Origin: Balanoglossus misakiensis
Lineage: Eukaryota > Animalia > Hemichordata
Direction: 5' to 3'
NCBI GenBank assembly: GCA_040954595.2
Contig: CM082578.2
Coordinates: forward strand, 15,484,998 to 15,548,997
Length of the DNA stretch: 64,000 bases
Positions 1 through 11,438 of this stretch are shown here, piece by piece. Below the pieces are notes generated by a model, which was not told the DNA's origin, ran no database searches, and saw only the letters and a program-made list of their open reading frames with translations. Both the position numbers and the translations under genes were made by a program. Positions within the stretch are counted from its first letter, which is position 1. Each line of letters opens with the position of its first letter.

Positions 1-207
1 TAAAGAAAATGCCTTTTTAAAATGTTTTATGCAAAGTTTCAATATACTGGCATAATATAATAGCAATAAAACACCCCCAGCCATGGTATACCACTCGATT
101 TTGACCAGTTCAACTCCATATACGCACTCGCTATCGCTCGTGCGTATATGTCGAGAACTGGTCAAAATCTCGTGATATACCATGGCTGGGGGTGATTTAT
201 TGCTTAA
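1..207. mobile_element. Hairpin-ended non-autonomous repeat, copy 1 (truncated by the window start)
   Basis: Matches 9260-9466 with only about 2 visible mismatches. Contains an imperfect stem of about 50 bp (agcaataaaacacccccagccatggtat...ataccatggctgggggtg.tttattgct) around an inner hairpin atatacgcac...gtgcgtatat. Confidence 0.85.
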
Positions 208-803
208 ATATAATATACAAACACTTGATAAGACAGTTTATAGAAAATCAAGGCGTAAAGGGTTAATCTTTTACATGTGTGGGCCATTGACACCCAGACG
301 TAAAAATTGAAGAGGTATTACCTTATCAAAACACAGACTGTAGAAATTTCCTGGGTCCATAGTTCAGGCAATTCATGTTTTTATATATTAGACATTAGAG
401 TAAGTGTACAATGTCTTGAACATGGTTTTAACAACATTTTGTCTCTTTGTTAGTGTGCTGACATTATCTACGAAAAAGAATAATTTTAATTTCTGATATA
501 TGAAGTCTCGTATGGTTGAAAGAACCACATGTTGAAGACATATCATTCAACTTGAATGCAATGCAATCAACAGGTGGTTCTCTGAATTATCAAACGTACA
601 ATTTCACTCCCTTGGGTTGGATATGCAAGTAACTCTATGATTGTAACCCGCATCCTTCTTCCATGATAATCATAGGGTTTAGAATTTCCTCAAATTGTTT
701 AACAATGTGGTCTTTATAGATATTTGCTTCTAACTATTGACTGTAACTATTCACTCACACTGAAATAATGTAAATATTGTCTTCTTTATTTTTCCCTTGA
801 CAG

Positions 804-3800
804 GAGAAGCCAACATGTCACCATTTCTCACACCACGACAACAGATTCTCATTCCTCAATACTGTCACCTCCTTCCAAGATGTAAGTACAATTGTTATGC
901 ATGGTTACCGTAGCAACCAATTTATTTTCTTCCCCTTGGTTGTTTACACCCGTGTCAGGAATGAAGAACTCAACGGGCCTCAGTGGATACCACTTCCCGG
1001 GAGTGGTTGTTCAGCTACTGTACTGTAAACTGCAATGGCTTTTGTGAACCTGATACTACATGTAAATCTCTCCGCAGTCTGGAGTTTTAATTATATAATT
1101 GTACATTCGATTTGGTGTGTTAATGCTTTAATCAATGGACTGTTACCTGAGGCACACCTTTTTACTGGGCAGATTATGTGCAGTGGGTATTACTTGGGTC
1201 ATTTCCCATTGAGAGTGGCAAAACTAAACCAATTAAAGCAGACTGTTTGAGCCCTTGCAATACATGTGCCTTAGATGACGTACACGCAGCTAATTTTACT
1301 AAGAGATTCAATATTTTCTGAACTTTTATCTGCAAGAATCCTCACTATGTACATGTACAGTGTCACTATGGGTTGATTACTAGTATTTGTCATAGCAACA
1401 GCCAACACTATCTGCAGACACCCTAAATGAGCTCTCCAATACTTGTCTAGAACAACATTTTTTTCCTTCAGTGTGTATCCAACAAATAGTTTAGGCTATG
1501 TGGGACAAAAAACAAACAATGTTATCAGAAAGTTCCAGCATACTGCCCACAAAACTATGAACACAAACAAATTTACTCAAACAAGTGTTTTCAAGATTTT
1601 CCTCAAGTACATGTCAATGTTTTGAGTGTTTACATTAATTTTGCCATGTTATTTATCGTCTGTACACTTTTCAAATATTTTTAAGATCGCATGAAGCACA
1701 CACTTGGCTCCTGATTTGTAGTGCAAATATTTGCCAGTGTTGTACACCTTTCTTGTTGGTCAGTGCTTGAGTTAGGGACTTCAGTGTACACAGTATTGAT
1801 TTCAGTTGTTGACACAAGGACATCAAACATGCGGACAGATTCACTTTTAAATCATTTCACTAGACACTCAAATACTCTTTTAGTTCACTTGATCCATAAT
1901 TTGAAATGGGGGTCATTGTCTGGTTGCACTTGTCAGTGTTCATGTAAGCACTTAAATCAGAGAAAGTCATTTCAATTCATAGTACAAGTCTGTGTAAGTG
2001 TTTAAAAAAAACTAAAACCATACAATTACAAAGATATTCATTCACCATCCTGTTATCAAGAAAGTTAAGTGTTTTAGTTTTCCCATGACAGGGGGATTTT
2101 AAATTGTAATCCATCGCCAGTGCACAAGAGCTAAGTTAATAATAGCACCATTTAATTTAACACTTCAGTTCCTGGAGATTTCAATTAATGTTTCATTTTC
2201 AGTGATTAGCCCATGTGGAAATTTATTTCTCCTTGTAATGTCGCAAAGTACACTAAAAAGAACTTATGTTCGGTTTTCGAATGAAAGCAGTCCATTTTAC
2301 AAATTAGCTCTGATATGCTTGATCGAGCACAACACAACATAACAGTTGCCAGTAACCATGACAAAATTATGCCCTACAGCCTTTCTAAATTACACCATTC
2401 TGTTTGGGTTTTCGTGATTTCCATTGTTCCGACCGACCGTATGTGTGCAGAAATAATTGTAATGCTACACCATGTTGTAACCGTTTACTTCTTGAGGGGG
2501 CTGGGTAAATAAAATGCTACAATTATTGCCTTTCATACTACCAATGTTGATGGTTCTCCGGTCCCTGTAACAAAGATACCTCCAGGACACAATCACATTT
2601 CATTGTTTGTCTTGTGTGGTTTTTAAAAAAGTAATGGGGTCAGCGCAGGATTTAGCTTGTGATACCTACTAAGCCCACACACACAAGGAATTTTCTCGGG
2701 TCGTTCTGCATCAGTGCATGGTTACTGGGGAATTTTGTTCCACAAGAGATGTAATGTGCACTCGCAGTGTAAAACAGAAAACAATTATAACATTTTGAAA
2801 TGTCACACTTGTTGAGCTCTAATTGATAATGTGTGTTTGGGACAGATGGAATTTGCAGATTCAAGAGTCTATACAGTTGCTCTATTTTATCGTAATTTAT
2901 TTTCTTCTGGAAATTCCAATATAAGTTTTAGAAAAAATAAGCATACAATAACTTACACATCAATAAAGGAACTAAGTTAGGAAACTGTATTTATTAAAAT
3001 TCACTACCCTGAATACTGCACTGGACAATATGTCGTTCCTAGTAATATCAGCCAATTTAATGTTTCCTTAGCAACAGGTAAACAGTGGTTGCCGTGGGAA
3101 TAGTCAGACACAGTTGAGTGAAAATTAAACATTAAAAACCTCCTGATGTAGTGCTTTTAAAGAAATTAAAATTCCTTTGAAAATGAATATGTTTTCGTGA
3201 CAGCCTACTGGTTCATTACAACATTAAAAGGTTTTGCCATTTTAACACTATGAAATAATAAAGTTTTGCGTTGTGTAACAGCATATTTGTGCTATTGTTG
3301 AAAACCCAACAGTATTACATGTATATGTATGTAGTCTGTTCACAATATCCTATTTAACATCACTGAATTAAATGGATTAACTTTTTGTTGGTCTTGATTA
3401 GTAGGGATCAATAACATTAAAACTCCTTTTGTATGTGTCTGAGAATGTCTGAAAAATCGATAAATGCAATGTACTTTTTGTTGTAATTCAGCAGATGCCT
3501 GTTGTATTGCAGTTACGCTGTTGGGAGGGGGATTTTGTTGCAGTGGAAATTTCACATGAATTCTTCTGGTGTATTTCATAAAAATTGCTACTGGAATATT
3601 GGTCTTCATGCTCTTAATAACTGCAGATACGTTGCAAAGCTTTCAACACATTTCCTGTTGTTCTTAATGGAAATCCATCCTTATTATGCACTAATTGACC
3701 GTAATGGCAAAAGGTACAGGATTCTGTGTGCAATAAAACCATGCAAATCATGATCTCAAAAGTGTGCTTCGTGATGAGAATCAGCAATACTTGAGTGGAT

Positions 3801-4866
3801 TTAAACAGTTTCTGTGGAAACTTTGTGTGTTGTACAAAGAATGTGACATGGTCATTGAGAGGAATTTTATTCTCAATTTGAAAAGAGAATAATCTAAAGT
3901 TGCCTTGAGCAAAATACATGTACAGTGTACGAGAAAAAGTTTAAGACTGATTTTTGAGACGCATACTGTCATGATTAAATTGTTGAGGGCTCAAGTACAG
4001 TGCACCTCTTGTACTGTTTCACTCATGAACGGAGTCTCCTGTTCTTGCAGGGTCTGGGGAAGAGGAAGATCCAAGGCAAACAGACAGATGTTTTTCGTCC
4101 AGACTTCATCTCATGGGTGCCCCATGCGAGGGAAATCAGAGAAATGGGACCAGTTGTTTCATCCTACAGGAATGATTTCAAAGAATCCCGATCGGCTCCA
4201 GTTCAACAGATTCTGATCGATTCAGTGCGGAGACCCAACACGGCCAATCCCATAATTCCCCAGCCACCCATTGATGAAAGACCTGTCACGACGTACCGAT
4301 TCGTTCATAGACATTTACAGCCCAACCCGAAGGTCAATACAAATATGAACACTGGCGAGGTCGAAGATCACCCGGTACCAACAGTCAAATCTAACCCCTA
4401 CATCAATATCAAAGTCCCGCCCGTTTTCGACAGACAGAAGCACCCGTCTCTGACAAAGCTTCGGAGGAGTCGGGCGGCATCGGCGCCACCAATCAGGGAA
4501 AGCGTGGCCATGTGCTTGCAGTGGTACAAGCCGACGTCGGAACAGGTGACGCCGTTGCAGCTGGTCAGTAGGGAGAACAAGTTCGCACCGGCTGAAATCA
4601 ACGTCAACCAGACGACAGTACCAGGAGGTATGGAAAACTCATTTCCAACCGTGCCAATGCAGATGCAGACAGCACCAGCCTCTCTGCAACATTCTTCCCT
4701 GCAAGCAACTCCCCTAGTACCACCACCTGTTGCGACAGCGCCCTCTATGTCCACTACAATGCCAGCATCCACTTCTGATTTTACAGCCACGCATTCTATC
4801 CCCCCGGCAACTTTAGACACAGCACCCAAGTCAGCACCGGCAGTTGATGTCTGCCTGGCTGAATAA
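804..4866 (+). CDS. CIMIP7: C3orf84/CIMIP7-like ciliary microtubule inner protein, 3' exons only (804-881, 4051-4866); 5' exon(s) not identified, probably upstream of the window
   Basis: Exon 804-881 (ag|...|gtaagt, phase 0) joins 4051 to give EKPTCHHFSHHDNRFSFLNTVTSFQD-GLGKRK...FISWVPHAREIREMGPVVSSYRNDFK...SVAMCLQW. This matches recalled human C3orf84 motifs (HFFSKHDNRTSF..QGIGRRK..FLRWAP..GPLESSYQADF..VSECLNW). A Pro/Thr/Ala-rich C-terminal tail follows. Confidence 0.75.
904..917. promoter_or_regulatory. RFX X-box (GTTACCGTAGCAAC) in the intron of the ciliary gene
   Basis: Matches the X-box consensus GTTNCCNTRGNAAC and lies in a ciliary gene. Confidence 0.5.
3062..3101. promoter_or_regulatory. 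Paired RFX X-boxes (GTTTCCTTAGCAAC 3062-3075; GTTGCCGTGGGAAT 3088-3101)
   Basis: Two X-box-like imperfect palindromes 12 bp apart in the same intron. Confidence 0.5.
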
Positions 4867-7119
4867 ATTCTCCTTTGGGTCCAAAAATTTAACAGTTATT
4901 CAAATAATCACAATTCTACAGTATAAACAGTACACTAAATTTTCAGTGACGAAATTCCACACATTAACATATCTTACCAGGGGGTACTTTGTAGTGAAGA
5001 GTTTCTCAAAAACCAAATAGTGTATATTTTTCGCCATTTTTAAAAGTGACTCAGAAAAAAGGGCTTGCAAATTCAGGTCAACAAGGTCATCTGTTTAGTT
5101 CATTTTTCAGTTGGACCATTTCAGATATTTTCATTTTACATTGTGTACAATAATCATGCAGCTTTGTCTTGGTAAATGCATGGGGAGTGCTTTTGTCCGA
5201 GTTTGATTTGTAATTTGTAAATTGTAGCCGAGATTTGCACTGAAAAATGATGATGCATGAACATTGTAATGAAGGGAGCTCTCCTCGAGTGTCAACTAAA
5301 CTTTATACTTCACTAGCATTGATGTCACTTCACACTGTGCCATCAAATATGAGAGAGCTGTTGTCGTGATTAATTTATTCTCTTGAAAAACAAACAAACA
5401 AACAAACCTTTAACTCCAATGGGTATGCTTCATGTGACCTGCAGTGAGAAGGCTTTTCAGATGTATTTTATGGATTGATGATAAATTTAATGCCTCATTA
5501 AACACTACAGGTACATGTATATGTCGTTTCAAACAGTGTTTTTTAACTGCACCATGGAAAATATCCACACTTGCACATTAGTGTGCTTGGCACACTTGAA
5601 AGAAAGCCAAAGAAAAAAAATGAAATGTTAATTGATAATTGATATCCAAATCTTTACATTGAAGATGAACCTTTAAAGTATGTGTAATTTTATAACTCAT
5701 TGTATTCCACATCATCTCAGCCACGTATGCTATGAGCTTGTATGACTGTATACCCAAAATAGGATTCAGTCCCAAGTACGCCATACAATTCATTCTCATG
5801 CTGAAATAAGATTGTGTTTTTTTTCATTCCAGTCAGAACATTGTCAGATGAAACCGTCCTCCATTCTCTGTGCAATTTTGTCACATGTCTTCTAGCATAT
5901 TTCATGAAAATAATTTAAACTTGTATTGTCTAATGTAAGAAACTCACTGTAAAGAAATTATTTAAGCTTTCAATTTATATGCACCTTTTTTGACTGCTAG
6001 TTGTGTATCAACTCCAAAATTAGACCATACTGTGGCCTCCTTGGCCTTGACACTTAGAGTGATGTATAAAGATTGTAGAGGTACACATTAATTTGTACAA
6101 TCATTTCAGTTTTTTTAACGATAATCAAAAAAAGATATATAGGAAGCCAGGGTATCCTTATAACATGACTTTATACTCTGAACTTTGAACTGTATATTGT
6201 AATGCAAATAGTAAATACTGTAAATAATATGTTAGTTGTTGGTCACTTTGTGTATTTCTATGAAAAGACCTTGGTCTCACCATTTGCACACCATCAACTG
6301 CAAAATTGCATATTTGTACATTTCCATTAAAAAGATATTTTTAAAAATCCATACTTATGTTTCTGGTATATTTTTTCCTACACTTGGAAAGTCCAGCATA
6401 ATTGCTGATCTTTCAAACTAGGCATGTTTCAAGTATTATATATGTATATATCAAGTGTGTCTGCGTATCATGAAAAGGGTGGGTGTTTTAAACTTTTCTT
6501 TGTCATATGGTCCAGTCGATCCTCAATTTTGGGTTTGATATGCAATTAAATTTTTGTGTGCATGTGACTGAACCTTGGGTAAAATTTGGACATCGCCGGC
6601 ACAGACATGATCATACTGACAACGTAGAGGGCGCTGTGTGATAATTGCAGGCTTAAACCATGAACAAACTTTAATATTTTAATTAACGACACAACGTTTC
6701 AGTTTGATTTGCTTTGCATCAATAGCCACTTTAATGTCCAGATTACACAGTTTGCTATTTGAAAGGAAATATCAAATCATTAGACCCTTGGTACAAACTT
6801 ACATTTCAAGTTCAACAAATTTTACAAAGCGGTGTACCACTTTAATGTACTGTCATCATTACACTTCCATTGTCTATAACATGCTAAAAAACACTACTAA
6901 TATACATGTACTATGTTCCTAACATTAATATTATTGAAATCAGTGATTTCTTCTAATAATCATAATCACAAATACATGTACCAATGTCTCATTTTCTTTA
7001 ATACCAAGCTGGCATTCAGTAAATACATTCAAGCCTCTCATTGTTGTTTAGATTGTGAATTGGAGGTCATGTTCAGATTTGAAGGGTCATGTAAATTAGG
7101 GTACTGAATGCGCTCTTTC

Positions 7120-10100
7120 TTATTGCTCAAGAAGACCCAACTTGCATTCAAATTTCTGTGATTTCTTTGCGATTTCTGCCTGTCGTTTCATTTCGATCTC
7201 TTCCTGTGTCCAAGGCCTGTATACCTTGGACCATTCTTCATCTGGAAACAGCCTTTCATAGTGATCCCCTTTCCCGACTCCAATCTGGAAACAAGAGAAG
7301 AAAGAAAGTACTGTCATGATGCATTTTTCTTTGAAGCAAATTCTGACAAACTATAATTTCATGCCATATAGGATTCTATCCTAGTCTTAACGAAACCAGG
7401 CATTCCTAGTACATGTACACGTATATGTCAAAGTGTTTTGTTGCTATGGGCAGCCATCTTGTTAGCCTCGTCTTGAGTGTGCATATTTGCTTGTCGGTAT
7501 ACATAGGATTTGGAATGATTCAAAAATTAGAAGGACATTGCAGTCTGTCACCCATACTGTACCTGTCTATGAAATAGATTTTTTAGTTTGTTGCTGAACC
7601 GATCTGGGTTTGTATCTCCAACAAATATCTTCTTGTCCGCTCTGACCACAAGGGAACCACCAACATGAACTTCTTCCAGGAGTACGCCACGCTTGTAAGA
7701 GTAAAATACACCCTGCGGAAAGGCTGTACATTTGCAGTCTCTTGGATTCATGTCACCAGGCTTGAAGAATTCTGTTGCACTCATTGTTGGAAATCTTCAA
7801 AAAAGAAAGAAGCTTGGGTTAATGCTAGGCTTAAAGAAGATCAATAAATCTAAAGAACCAGATTGAAATTACTGTGAGATATGTTATACTCCCCATACAG
7901 GTGATTATGTTTGCAGTGTTGACTGTGATAATTTAGTCTGATATTTACCGTAGCACTCCTCTCATTCAATTGACAGACAACTATTGAACATACCTGTGAT
8001 GGCTATCTTCAATTGTAATGATTAACATGTGTTCTTGGCTCATGAAGTAGTCATTTTTCAAAACCCATGCTTGGGGCAATTCATAGTAGTACTCTACAAC
8101 CCCCTTCATAGTTTCACTGCCATCTGATAAGAAAAGAAACATTTTGATGTTACTCAAATATGTAACAAATGGATAACCTTCAAAAAGGTGTACACGTTCT
8201 TGTCTGCTGAAAGAAAATGTCATTAAGTTGTGGGTAGGTGTTACCTCACACATCAGTTAAAACTTAAAACCAGTTCTGTACATGCTCCCAACAACTTTAC
8301 CCATCTACAAGAGTTTTCTTTGCCGAACACATGAAAATGGGCAAAAAACTGTAGAAGTATACTGTAGAGGTAGTGTACCTTCTTTTGGCCCCTCTTCTGG
8401 TTTCAGAACAGCAACATCACACATGAAGCCTTGACCAAGTTGGTAGAGTGCAGATGAGACACTGATATGATCTAGAAGAAGGACGTGGTACATACACTCT
8501 GTGTTGGTATGTGCTTATAGCAATCAAAGATTTCCCTTGTCAGTTTTAAATACACATTAGAAATCAGGAAATATATTGAATAAAAACTCACCAAGATATC
8601 GAAATAAACAATCCCTAAAAATTCATTCATTTGCTTTTCTTTTCAAAAAAATTGAGAACAAACTGGTGAAATCAGGCAAAAAAGTTCATGCCCCCTCTCT
8701 GACAGTGCAACTGTTTCCTTTGTTTTTACTTGACCACATGGATCAAAGAACAGGTGGGGAGTATGTTGTCAATAGCTGATTTGAATAGAGTTTTTCTGAG
8801 ACTTCCGTGATCAACAAGTGGGAATATCGACTCACGAGTCATGAACTTTGCAAGTTCTTCTGCATCTATTGTTGGGAACACCCTCTTCCACAAATCCTGG
8901 CCATCATACCGCAAACCCAGCATGTAAAACAGTGAACGGATGTTGTAGCGGAAACCATGGATGAAACCCGAGGCTGCTCTGCGATCCCTCGCCTGCATGG
9001 CTGTACCGATGAAGTAAACGTCTGGTACAGTAGTCTCCCAGTGTTCATCAAGGATGGGAAATTTGCCTTTACAGTGTGTTTCTGGAGAAGGAAGAAAGCT
9101 TAAGGGTTAGTAATTCCACTGGTTCTTGAAATCCAGCAGACTAAATTTGTTATTATATTATACCAGTATATTGATGGTGTAAATCACGCTATTTGATTGG
9201 TCGAGACACGACACGTGACCGTGATATATTAGCCATATACCACAGTCATATATCATAGTTAAAGAAAATGCCTTTTTAAAATGTTTTATGCAAAGTTTCA
9301 ATATACTGGCATAATATAATAGCAATAAAACACCCCCAGCCATGGTATACCACTCGATTTTGACCAGTTCAACTCCATATACGCACTCGCTATCGCTCGT
9401 GCGTATATGTCGTGAACTGGTCAAAATCTCGTGATATACCATGGCTGGGGGTGTTTTATTGCTTAATTGAAGCATGCGAACAAGTATATACCGACATACT
9501 ATAAGGCGAACGTTTATACAAAACGGAAATGGGTCCAAGGTAAATTAAATGACCAAGGGAATCTTTGTTTACCTGGTTTGCAACTGTCGTCAAACAAGTC
9601 CAAATTAATAAATTTCCACCCAGTGGCCAAGATAACTTTATCATAACCTTTACTGGTGAAGGTAGCTGTGCCTGGTGGGTCCCAATGGGGGAGTTCCATC
9701 TCAAACACCTGAGTTATTTTCCCATCGTCTTCCTTGATGAATTTCTTGGTGTCACATTGCCGCAATGCATGTAGGGACTTGAGGTGGTACATGTCGATGA
9801 TGGAGTTGTTCACGGCGCGAAGGTTGCCCACAAAATGAGTGTCCCACGCGAAAATCACCGGCGTTCGGGTGCACATGTGAATGATGGCAGCGCTGCTGGC
9901 CAGGTGATCTGCGGTCTACAAAAACGTATACGTTTTATGTGACAATGATATACCAAAGGAATTTGTCTTCAGTTTGAAGGAAACCAGTTTTTCCTAAAGT
10001 TCTTTACTTTGGTTTAGAACTCAAGTAAACCAGAAGAACTCGTGCAAACTGCTGAGCACCGTAAAATGGATCAAGATCATAGGATGACCACTTACTTCGA

Positions 10101-11066
10101 ATGCACTGTTGCCTCCGCCGAGGATGAGCACTTTCTTGTTTTCATACTCTTTCAAATCCAGGGAGTGGTTTTGGTATGTGTCAACATGCTCGAGGCCCTC
10201 AATGTCAGGGTTATCTTCAAGGACGGGGCCGGTGCCAACCAGGAGGACTTTGCAAGTAATAGTGTTGCCTTTGTCGTCAGTCAGTGAAAAACGGGAACGA
10301 AATTTGCCATCCAGAACTGCCTCCCTATGAACCTGCTTGATGGTGGTGTTGTAGCGAATTTTCAGTTTGAACTTTTGAACGTAGTCACTTAGGTATCTGC
10401 AAGTAGAGAATGGCAGTCGAGACAGTTATGGTTTGGAGTATAAAGGATGGGATGATGCTGAAAGTGTGAAGGATTGTCAAAACCGACGTATAAAAGCGCA
10501 ACGCCTCAGAGTTGTCCCAAGCAGAGAATGTAAATTAATTTTCGTTCGACCCCCAGAGGTCGTGACTCACTTGACCAGCACGTCGGCTGATGGAAATAGT
10601 TCATCGGTGTATTTGGTGAAGAGCATGTCATCGTCATCGCTCAGCAGAGAGTTCCAGTCGTGGCGAAGGTTGAACTCTTTCTCGGGGAAATAGTTGAACT
10701 TCTTGTTGATGGAGATCAGCGTCCGATGACGCGGCTGACACTTGAATAGAGACCCGGGACAGTCGGCCTTTTCTAGTACAATGTAATCCTTGTCAGCTTT
10801 CTCCATGTAATAGGCCATCTGGACCCCAGCAGGGCCAGCGCCAATGATGACGTATTCGAAATCTGAAAGGAAAACGATATGCGCACTGGTATATATGATC
10901 GATGATGATGGCAGTGGTGGTGGTGAGGTTTATAAGATAGTAGTAATTTTCTCATACATCAGTTAGCAGTCAAGGACTGAACGTGAATTACCAGAAAAAA
11001 AGATAGCAACTTGTAGCTAAAGTAACCGTAGTTATAAACAACGCAACACATACCGTTTTTGTCCAT
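7120..11066 (-). CDS. FOXRED2: FOXRED2-like FAD/NAD(P)H-dependent oxidoreductase, paralog A (about 604 aa, 9 coding exons, no signal peptide)
   Basis: Exons 11066-11054, 10862-10571, 10396-10096, 9915-9573, 9081-8836, 8471-8379, 8123-7994, 7794-7563, 7284-7120; all GT-AG with consistent phases. Motifs: YVIIGAGPAG (FAD), PRHRTLISINK, EFNLRHDWNSLL, ILGGGNSAFE (NAD(P)H), WDTHFVGNLRAVNN, ASGFIHGFRY, all characteristic of the FOXRED2 family. Confidence 0.9.
9159..9466. mobile_element. Hairpin-ended non-autonomous repeat, copy 2, in intron 4 of FOXRED2-like A (possibly Crypton-type)
   Basis: 9260-9466 is near-identical to 1-207. Long terminal stem-loop, no terminal inverted repeats or clear TSD. 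Left boundary approximate; superfamily is a guess. Confidence 0.8.
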
Positions 11067-11340
11067 CTTCAACAAATTGGGGCTTCTGGAAGAAATCACA
11101 CAATTTAAAGACTTTTTATTAGATCGTGTCGTTCTTAAAGGGCATATGTTATGCACAGCTGACCTGCTTCCCTGTTAGTTCCCAATCATACAGTTCCGTA
11201 CACAGATACATAAAGAAGTTTCTCTTGTAGGTTTTGCTTTTAGTATGCAATGTTTTTCCCCCGGCGGAACCAACAAAGTGCCACTGTGAAAGTGTTGAAT
11301 CCTATGTCACCTTTGCCAGCAAGAACATTTATTCTATTAC

Positions 11341-11438
11341 CTCTCTCTATCTTTCTCAGCCTCTCCCCACTCTCTCAATATCTGCCCCTCTCTCTCCCAC
11401 CCTCTCTATCCCCCCTTTCTCTATCCACACACACACAC
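11341..11438. repeat. CT-rich / (CA)n low-complexity tract
   Basis: ctctctctatctttctc...cacacacacacac. Confidence 0.7.

Noticed and set aside
9158-9538. 126-aa minus-strand ORF
   Set aside because: Runs through the hairpin repeat inside an intron; no protein-like features.
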